A stretch of 64,000 nucleotides of DNA, taken from the NCBI GenBank assembly GCA_052034685.1, contig JBPOIH010000007.1:13249-77248 (forward strand). The letters are read 5' to 3'. The stretch is from Patescibacteria group bacterium (GTDB lineage Bacteria; Patescibacteriota; Saccharimonadia; Saccharimonadales; CAYUUR01). Each line of letters begins with the position of its first letter. The first letter of the stretch is position 1. The notes under the pieces are model-generated. The model worked only from the letters and a program-made list of their open reading frames with translations. It was not told the DNA's origin and did no database searches. The translations under genes and the position numbers were made by a program. This document shows, piece after piece, positions 57,321 to 64,000 of this stretch.

Positions 57321-58773
57321 TGAGCGCTTGCGCCATCTGAGGATTGGCTTTGCCTTGGGATGCCTTCATCACCTGACCGACCAAGAAGCCAATTACCTTC
57401 ATTTCGCCGTTTTTTACATCAGCGGCAGCCTGAGGGTTATTGGCAAGGACTTCAGCAACAATCGCCTCGATAGCACCTTCATCTGACTCTTGTAAATAGC
57501 CTTGTTCTGATGCGTACTTCTCAAAATCTTTTGGTGCTGTGTTTGTCTTAAGCAACTCCGCCAGTAGTGACTTAGCGCCTGTAGAACTTACCTTTGAAGC
57601 TTTGACCAGAGAAATCAGACCTGCATATATTGCTCGGCGCACTTCATCAGTTGGAGCTTCAAGCGAATCGTTATCTTTCCGTAATGGTATCTCAATATTC
57701 ACAAACCAGTTTGCCAATGACTTAGCCATCTCTTTGTCGTCCAGATATTTTTCGAGATGTGCAAGATAGTATACAGACTCATCTTCGAGTTCCGCCATCA
57801 GCAGCGTGTCAGTCTGACTTTCGTCTAGACCTAAACTTCCAAGCCGCTTTCGCCACTCATCGGGTAGGGTTGGCATCGTTTTGCGTATTGCTTCAATGTA
57901 GTTATCACTTAGTACAATCGGCGGTATGTCGGGGTCGGGCATATAGCGATAGTCATGGGCCTCTTCTTTGCTGCGCTGACTAAATGTCTTTTGCTTGGCA
58001 TCGTCCCAGCCACGTGTTTCTTGTACGATCGCCTCACCCTTTTCGAGTTGTTCAATTTGCCGATCAATCTCAAACAGCGCAGCTCGTTCAACACTCTTAA
58101 AGCTGTTCAAGTTCTTGGTTTCAGTGCGCGTGCCTAGTTCCTTGGTTTTACTAACACTCACGTTAACGTCAAAACGCATATTTCCGTAGTACAGATTAGC
58201 GTCTGAAACACCCGCATAACGCATGCGTATATAGAGTTCTTTGGCATAAATACGTGCTTCTACCGCGGAGTGCATGTCAGGCTCTGAGACGATTTCGAGC
58301 AAAGGGGTTCCAGCACGATTAAGATCAACGAGGCTATAGTCTTTGCCCGCTGGATGGGTGCTTTTGCCTGCATCCGCTTCAAGATGGGCTTCGTGAATGC
58401 CAATTACCTTTTCCGTGCCATCAACTGTTATCGTAATCTTGCCATCACGGATAATCGGTCGCTCAAACTGAGTGATCTGATAGCCCATAGGTAGATCTGG
58501 GTAGAAATAATGCTTGCGATCAAAAGAACTGACTTTCTGTGGAGCAGTGCCCAGGGCAAATGCTGCTTTTGTTGCCAGCTCGACAGCTTTTTCGTTTAGC
58601 ACCGGCAACGCACCAGGCATGCCAATGTCGATATGGCTAATAAGTGTATTCGGCGGTGCTTCGCGGGCATCGTTACCTACTGCCGAGAAAAGCTTGGTCT
58701 TGGTTTTTAGCTGAACATGGCATTCGATCCCAATAGTTACTGTATATTGCTGTCGTGTTTCTGGGCTGATCAC
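57295..58773 (-). CDS. gatB: Asp/Glu-tRNA amidotransferase subunit B
   Basis: YTVTIGIECHVQL and the C-terminal YqeY-like domain. Confidence 0.95.
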   Translation of the reverse strand: MISPETRQQYTVTIGIECHVQLKTKTKLFSAVGNDAREAPPNTLISHIDIGMPGALPVLNEKAVELATKAAFALGTAPQKVSSFDRKHYFYPDLPMGYQITQFERPIIRDGKITITVDGTEKVIGIHEAHLEADAGKSTHPAGKDYSLVDLNRAGTPLLEIVSEPDMHSAVEARIYAKELYIRMRYAGVSDANLYYGNMRFDVNVSVSKTKELGTRTETKNLNSFKSVERAALFEIDRQIEQLEKGEAIVQETRGWDDAKQKTFSQRSKEEAHDYRYMPDPDIPPIVLSDNYIEAIRKTMPTLPDEWRKRLGSLGLDESQTDTLLMAELEDESVYYLAHLEKYLDDKEMAKSLANWFVNIEIPLRKDNDSLEAPTDEVRRAIYAGLISLVKASKVSSTGAKSLLAELLKTNTAPKDFEKYASEQGYLQESDEGAIEAIVAEVLANNPQAAADVKNGEMKVIGFLVGQVMKASQGKANPQMAQALIKKQLSDK

Positions 58774-59177
58774 TTGAGTGCTCCCAAATCTTGCAATGCT
58801 TGTCGAATACCAAAAAGCGCATCTTGAACGTCAGTTTTAGACAACTTAGTGTTTGGGTCTTCTGCGATTTTTTTCGCAAGTTTATGTCCGTACCAGACGC
58901 CGTCGTTGTCTGTTAGATCTCGCTGCGCTGAGACCAGCTTCTCGCCAAAGCTTCTGCCCTTGTACTTGCGACGCTTCAGAGCCTTGCCCAATAGCGTGTC
59001 AGCACGTGTCACCGCATCTGCCCAGCAGGTTTTGTCACCACATAACTTTTGCAGATCAGCCCACTGGTCACGATAATAATTGTGTTTCAGTTTGCGCGGT
59101 CGTTTTTTGTATACAAACAAGCCACCAACAATCATACAAATCAACACGACTGTAGCAAGCGCTATGTACATCGTCAT
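58770..59177 (-). CDS. Membrane-anchored hypothetical protein (135 aa) inserted between gatA and gatB
   Basis: TM YIALATVVLICMIVGGLFVY then KKRPRK. ATGA/TGA-type 4-nt overlaps with both the gatA stop and the gatB start. Confidence 0.5.
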   Translation of the reverse strand: MTMYIALATVVLICMIVGGLFVYKKRPRKLKHNYYRDQWADLQKLCGDKTCWADAVTRADTLLGKALKRRKYKGRSFGEKLVSAQRDLTDNDGVWYGHKLAKKIAEDPNTKLSKTDVQDALFGIRQALQDLGALK

Positions 59178-60598
59178 GCCGCAACCTCCAGAGCCTTTGC
59201 AACTGCCAGTAATTTTCTGTCCTGCTTCTGTGCAGCCATGAGCTGAACACCTATCGGCAATGGACCATCGTGTGCTGCAGGAATGCTTATAGCTGGAATG
59301 CCGACCAAACTGGCAGAAACAGTCATGATATCAATCAGGTACATCTTTAGTGGGTCGTCGATATTCTCGCCAATTTTAAATGCAGTTACCGGTGCAGTTG
59401 GACCGATCAGAATGTCTACTTCTTTAAATGCCGATTCGAATTCACGTATTAGTTTAGTGCGAACTTCCTGGGCGCGCTTATAATAGGCATCGTAGTAACC
59501 GCTACTTAATACGTACGTACCTATCATAATGCGACGCTTTGCTTCACTACCAAAGCCTTCACTACGGGCAGAACTAAAGCTTTCTTCGAGGTTTTTGGCG
59601 GCTGGAGCGTGATGCCCATAATGTTGCCCATCGTAGCGGCTGAGATTGCTACTTACCTCAGCCGGACACACGATGTAGTACACAGCTAGCGCCAGTGGCA
59701 ATGACGGCAAGCTTACCTCAGTAATAATTGCGCCTTTGGCTTTGGCAGCTTGGATAGTATCGGTAACCGCCGTCTTTACCGCTTGATCAACCGCATCGGT
59801 CATATATTCTTTGACAACGCCAATCTTAAGACCTTTAAGGTCCAAACTTGCCCCTGCATATCCTGCCTTGTCGGCGTCGATAGTTGTGCCATCGCGTTCA
59901 TCACGGCCAGCGATAACATTCATGACGTAAGCAACATCCTCAACTCGCATTGCCAATGGACCAATCACGTCTGTACTGCTGGCCATTGCAACAACACCCG
60001 AGCGCGAAACAAGCCCATATGTCGGCTTAAAGCCAACAGAACCCGTAAATGCTGCCGGCAAACGAATAGAGCCGCCCGTGTCAGTACCGAGTGCAAACGG
60101 TGCCAGTCCTAACACAACAGCTGCGCCCGAGCCTCCACTACTTCCGCCAGGGACGCGAGCTTTGTCGTGCGGGTTCTTTGTGGTCATAAAGTCGCTGTTT
60201 TCTGTACTAGAACCATGCGCAAAGGCATCAAGGTTAGCTTTTGCCACACAGATAGCACCGGCCGCTTCAAGACGTTCAATAACCGTCGACTGATAAGGCG
60301 CTTCAAAACCTTTGAGAATATTGCTGGCCGCAGTTGTCTCCGAGCCAAACGTCAAGAAGTTGTCTTTAGCAATAAACGGCACGCCTGCAAGTGGCCCGAC
60401 CTCTTCGCCTTTGGCAATGTGTTGATCAATTTGTTTGGCACGGGCACGGGCTCTGGTCTCTGTAGTTGCAATGATGGCTTGATATTCAGCACGCTCCTCA
60501 ATTAACTTGAGTGACTTTTCTACCTGTGAAAGAGCCGAGACTTTGCCAGAACTAACGTCTGCAGCAAGCGCTTCAATAGTCGGCCATGCAAGTTTCAT
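59174..60598 (-). CDS. gatA: Glutamyl-tRNA(Gln) amidotransferase subunit A
   Basis: Amidase signature GGSSGGSGAAV and GTDTGGSIRLPA. Confidence 0.95.
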   Translation of the reverse strand: MKLAWPTIEALAADVSSGKVSALSQVEKSLKLIEERAEYQAIIATTETRARARAKQIDQHIAKGEEVGPLAGVPFIAKDNFLTFGSETTAASNILKGFEAPYQSTVIERLEAAGAICVAKANLDAFAHGSSTENSDFMTTKNPHDKARVPGGSSGGSGAAVVLGLAPFALGTDTGGSIRLPAAFTGSVGFKPTYGLVSRSGVVAMASSTDVIGPLAMRVEDVAYVMNVIAGRDERDGTTIDADKAGYAGASLDLKGLKIGVVKEYMTDAVDQAVKTAVTDTIQAAKAKGAIITEVSLPSLPLALAVYYIVCPAEVSSNLSRYDGQHYGHHAPAAKNLEESFSSARSEGFGSEAKRRIMIGTYVLSSGYYDAYYKRAQEVRTKLIREFESAFKEVDILIGPTAPVTAFKIGENIDDPLKMYLIDIMTVSASLVGIPAISIPAAHDGPLPIGVQLMAAQKQDRKLLAVAKALEVAA

Positions 60599-60891
60599 TA
60601 AACAATCATCCTTTTGACTTTGAAATGGGCTTTTTCGGTTGCCGGGGCGTTTTTGAGCAAAGCTTCAGGGCTTGGACCGTATGATTTTTCCTCATCTGGT
60701 CGCATGACATTCTTGAGACCGGTCACTTGGTAGGTTGGCTCAAGTCCAGCTACATCAGCACTTTGTAACTGCTCAACATACTGCAATATGGCGGTCATTT
60801 CTGCCGCAAACTGTTCGACTTCGCTATCTGTGAGAGTAAGCCGAGAGAGTTTGGCCAACTTTAAGACATCATCACGCGTAATTTTGCTCAT
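60598..60891 (-). CDS. gatC: Asp/Glu-tRNA amidotransferase subunit C
   Basis: MSKITRDDVLKLAKLSRLTLTDSEVEQFAAE... I took the start at MSKIT. The track extends to 61002. Confidence 0.85.
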   Translation of the reverse strand: MSKITRDDVLKLAKLSRLTLTDSEVEQFAAEMTAILQYVEQLQSADVAGLEPTYQVTGLKNVMRPDEEKSYGPSPEALLKNAPATEKAHFKVKRMIV

Positions 60892-61008
60892 ATGTTCGCT
60901 TAGTATACCACCCTTTGACAGAGATAGACCAGCTCGTGCAAAAAGATTCTTTACAAAGTTATATAACAGGACTACGCTAAGTACAAGCATTATGAAAGAC
61001 ACTCACCA

Positions 61009-62046
61009 ATGTCACTAGATCAATGGCCTCAAGCATCATCGGGGCTGCATGTGCCACCAGAAATAAACAACACGCCCCAACAACACACTATTCGTCCGCA
61101 TCTCGCGGGCGTTTTTGTTGGGAAGGAAAGCAACCCAGACTACCCTCGGCCATTACCTATCGACACTACTTTCATCGTTAATGCGACCACAGAGCACGGC
61201 TCAGATTTAGAAACAGCCCAAAGCCACGTTCTGAAAGGCACGATTGAATGCGAAGACACCAGCCGATACACCGTGTTAGTCGCTACACCAAACCAAAAAA
61301 CAACTGAAGTCCCCGTTGTTTTCACGACAGCGCTGGGTACGCAAGCTGAGGACCAGTACAACCTTGACCTCATGGGAGAATACCTGGACTTAGGCATGCC
61401 AGTACTACTCGTTGGACCAGAAGAGAACACTTCTATCCCCTTAACACTCAGCGCCCAACATATGCATGATATTTTTGAACACTACGCGAAGTTTGGCTTG
61501 TATGACCCAACATCTGCTCGTATTACCGGAGACTCAAGAGGTGCCATGATTGGTCAATTGTTTGCTGCATATGCAGTGCGACGCGGCATTCAAGTGATTG
61601 ATGGCTGTGTTATAGACCCTTGTTTGGCTCGACAAATCCAGTATACGAGTCCACGAGAAGTGTTGGAGTACCTGCCTTACCTCACTGTCGAAGGCTATTC
61701 CTTCACACGACAAATCAGACGAATCGGCCTCAAAAAAGGACTCGAACACGTGCGAAGATTGCGAATGTCACCTGGCGTTATGCTGAGAACTGGGATACCT
61801 TTGCTGTCTGGTGACGCGGGAGAGTTTTCCCGTTACATGTCTCGCGAGCAACGCCTTCATTCAATGCTATTTTTGGCCAGTGTCGTCAACCAACACAAAG
61901 ACTGGATTGAAATATATGACCAATTCCCGAACATCAGCTATGAGCTTATTAAAGGGAGTCACTTATCGCTAATGCGTCCTGACGTATGGGATATGCGCAA
62001 AAACTATATGGCTAACAGTCGCGACGCCTACACAACAGCTGCGTAA
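61009..62046 (+). CDS. Hypothetical protein, possibly alpha/beta-hydrolase-like
   Basis: The GDSRG nucleophile-elbow-like pentapeptide TGDSRGAM. The N-terminal roughly 60 aa are uncertain. Confidence 0.4.
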   Translation: MSLDQWPQASSGLHVPPEINNTPQQHTIRPHLAGVFVGKESNPDYPRPLPIDTTFIVNATTEHGSDLETAQSHVLKGTIECEDTSRYTVLVATPNQKTTEVPVVFTTALGTQAEDQYNLDLMGEYLDLGMPVLLVGPEENTSIPLTLSAQHMHDIFEHYAKFGLYDPTSARITGDSRGAMIGQLFAAYAVRRGIQVIDGCVIDPCLARQIQYTSPREVLEYLPYLTVEGYSFTRQIRRIGLKKGLEHVRRLRMSPGVMLRTGIPLLSGDAGEFSRYMSREQRLHSMLFLASVVNQHKDWIEIYDQFPNISYELIKGSHLSLMRPDVWDMRKNYMANSRDAYTTAA

Positions 62047-62849
62047 GTATCAGGTACGCTGACAGATACCACTGGCTCAATTATCTTTACCTTGTCTGAC
62101 CAAACTTCATAAATTGGTATTTCGTTGCGCGTCTTGTTGGCGGCAAGGTGAATTACACGCCCACCGGCTTTGCGGTGCTGTCCATTGTTCAGGTGCCAGT
62201 GTCCGGTAATCATAGTGTTAATCTTTGCCTGATCCAACACTTCGACGGCGCTCGTTGGAGAAAGCACGTATTCTGGCTCATCGTGAGCTGCGTCACGACG
62301 GTAAACTCCACATATTTGCAACGGTATTGACCAGCCGAAGTCACCAGAGACACGTTTGCTGTTGGCCATGTCTAGTTCGCTTCTTTGTACTTCCCATTTT
62401 TGGCCCGTTATTCCGGCGTGCACAATCATAAAGCCAGGACCCTGAACATAAGGCACTGCATATTTCAAAACATCTTGATGGTGCAATGGCATAGCTTCGT
62501 TGAGAATCGCCGCACTCTCTGCTGATACAACGTTTGGTATTCCGTACGAAGCAAGAACTCGATCATGGTATGGCCGTGCCCAAACTTGTGACCAAACATC
62601 ACGGGCGTCCGGATCCTGCTCGTGCATAGCTGCATCAAGTACGTAATCGTGATTGCCTAGTACCGTAATAGAGCGGGTTGTCATTGCACTGGCTAGTTCT
62701 AAAACACCTTTACTATCAGGGCCGTCTACGAGGTCGCCAGCCAAGATAAGATGAGCGTAATGCCGCATGACTGCCTCGAGCAACTCAGGCCTACCGTGCA
62801 GGTCTGGGACTACGGCAAAATCGTTATACTCTGTTAACATGGGGAGCAA
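62028..62849 (-). CDS. Metallophosphoesterase (calcineurin-like)
   Basis: DLHG, GDLVDGP, GNHD and GHWH motifs. Confidence 0.75.
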   Translation of the reverse strand: MLPMLTEYNDFAVVPDLHGRPELLEAVMRHYAHLILAGDLVDGPDSKGVLELASAMTTRSITVLGNHDYVLDAAMHEQDPDARDVWSQVWARPYHDRVLASYGIPNVVSAESAAILNEAMPLHHQDVLKYAVPYVQGPGFMIVHAGITGQKWEVQRSELDMANSKRVSGDFGWSIPLQICGVYRRDAAHDEPEYVLSPTSAVEVLDQAKINTMITGHWHLNNGQHRKAGGRVIHLAANKTRNEIPIYEVWSDKVKIIEPVVSVSVPDTYAAVV

Positions 62850-62880
62850 ATTTTACACCCACGCACAGAGTAAATCAAGC

Positions 62881-64000
62881 TTATTTTTCTTCTAGTTTCT
62901 TTTTGATCTGAGCAATAGAATCGCGCAGTTCAGCAGCTTTTTCGAATTCTAGGTTTGCGGCCGCAAGATCCATCTGTGATGTCAGCTCACGAATGATATG
63001 CCCATACTCGTCTTTTGGAATCTTCTTAAGGTCGAGTTTCTTAACTTTCTCGCTGTCAGGAATGTCGGCGCGCATGCCTTTATCAATAGCCTTCGCAATG
63101 CCTTCAGGCGTAATACCATGCTTTTGGTTATACTCTTCCTGAATAGTTCGACGCCGGTTAGTCTCGCCTATAGCGCGTTCCATACTACCTGTTACTCTGT
63201 CGGCATACATGAGTACGCGGCCATCTATATGACGCGCTGCCCGACCAATAGTCTGCACAAGCGCCTGCTCACTGCGCAAAAAGCCTTCCTTGTCAGCGTC
63301 GAGGATTGCCACTAGGCTTACCTCTGGCAGGTCAAGGCCTTCTCGCAACAAGTTTATGCCAATCAACACGTCATATGTTCCCATACGTAGATCACGGAGA
63401 ATGTCTGAACGATCGAGTGTATCAACGTCGCTGTGCAAATAGGTCACTTTTATCTTTAGCTCCTGTAGATACTCAGTCAGGTCCTCGGCCATGCGTTTAG
63501 TCAGCGTTGTCACGAGGACGCGTTGCCGCTTGGCAGTAGTTGCTCGTATTTCAGCTAACAAGTCATCAATCTGCCCGTCAATCGGTCGCACTTCAATTTT
63601 TGGATCAATCAAGCCTGTAGGGCGAATCACCTGCTGTGCAGGTTCTGGGCTACGCGTCAGTTCGTATTCAGCCGGCGTAGCACTTACGTAAACAACTTTG
63701 TTAACGTGTTTCTCAAATTCACTAAAAGTTAGCGGGCGGTTATCCATAGCACTTGGCAGACGGAAGCCATGCTCTACCAAGACTTCCTTGCGCGCTCTGT
63801 CGCCGTTATACATACCGCGGACCTGCGGTAGCGTCATGTGCGACTCGTCAATAAACATCAAGTAATCATCAGGGAAATAATCAAGCAGTGTGGCTGGCTG
63901 TTCACCGGTCTCTCGGTTTGTCAGATAACGGCTGTAGTTTTCAATACCTTTTACAAAACCGGTTTCTTCCAGCATTTCGAGGTCAAACTTGGTACGTTGC
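62881..64000 (-). CDS. uvrB: Excinuclease ABC subunit B, C-terminal part (the 5-prime end lies beyond the window)
   Basis: Helicase C-terminal motifs, [26 protein letters not shown], and the C-terminal UVR domain [10 protein letters not shown]. Confidence 0.9.
   Translation of the reverse strand, partial: QRTKFDLEMLEETGFVKGIENYSRYLTNRETGEQPATLLDYFPDDYLMFIDESHMTLPQVRGMYNGDRARKEVLVEHGFRLPSAMDNRPLTFSEFEKHVNKVVYVSATPAEYELTRSPEPAQQVIRPTGLIDPKIEVRPIDGQIDDLLAEIRATTAKRQRVLVTTLTKRMAEDLTEYLQELKIKVTYLHSDVDTLDRSDILRDLRMGTYDVLIGINLLREGLDLPEVSLVAILDADKEGFLRSEQALVQTIGRAARHIDGRVLMYADRVTGSMERAIGETNRRRTIQEEYNQKHGITPEGIAKAIDKGMRADIPDSEKVKKLDLKKIPKDEYGHIIRELTSQMDLAAANLEFEKAAELRDSIAQIKKKLEEK

Noticed and set aside
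60892-61002. N-terminal extension of gatC (MSFIMLVLSVVLLYNF...)
   Set aside because: GatC homologs begin at MSKITRDDV. The hydrophobic extension is unsupported.
1-64000. CRISPR arrays, rRNA genes, prophage blocks, toxin-antitoxin pairs
   Set aside because: I saw no direct-repeat/spacer periodicity, no rRNA-like conserved stretches, no phage structural or integrase genes, and no canonical toxin-antitoxin families while reading through.

Overview
This 64-kb window comes from a compact, gene-dense bacterial chromosome. It is almost all housekeeping genes, mostly on the minus strand: the str operon (rpsL, rpsG, fusA, tuf, rpsJ), rpoB-rpoC, clpP, tig, hisS, a type II tRNA-Leu(UAG), rsmD, recG, tyrS, a class-A PBP, radA, clpC, nusA, pepN, rnhB, rplS, a malic enzyme, a PilB/GspE-type ATPase, dnaE, galU, gatCAB and the 3-prime part of uvrB. 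The gene content and tight packing look like a small-genome lineage such as the Candidate Phyla Radiation (Patescibacteria, perhaps Saccharibacteria). That placement is inference only.

The most interesting finding is a roughly 4.65-kb cargo-carrying transposon at 16816..21459, inserted between tig and clpP. It has perfect 27-bp terminal inverted repeats and a flanking direct repeat, tttcac. It carries:
- an IS1595-family transposase,
- a Replic_Relax-like winged-helix protein,
- a small TmrB/CPT-like P-loop kinase,
- a 628-aa fusion of two GNAT acetyltransferase domains with an aminoglycoside-phosphotransferase-like kinase domain, translationally coupled to the P-loop kinase.
The last two form a candidate mobile antibiotic-modification module that I do not recognise as a described architecture.

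Other unusual features:
- Lineage-specific small ORFs sit at every junction of the str operon, several with 1- to 5-nt translational coupling.
- RpoC has lost all four cysteines of the N-terminal zinc-binding domain and two of the four in the second zinc site.
- A 135-aa membrane protein is wedged between gatA and gatB, overlapping both by 4 nt.
- A promoter with the pattern TTGACA-N17-TAGAAT lies upstream of rpoB, and one with TTGACA-N17-TACACT lies upstream of nusA.

Coordinates and starts were refined by eye from the six-frame track. Nothing was searched against databases.
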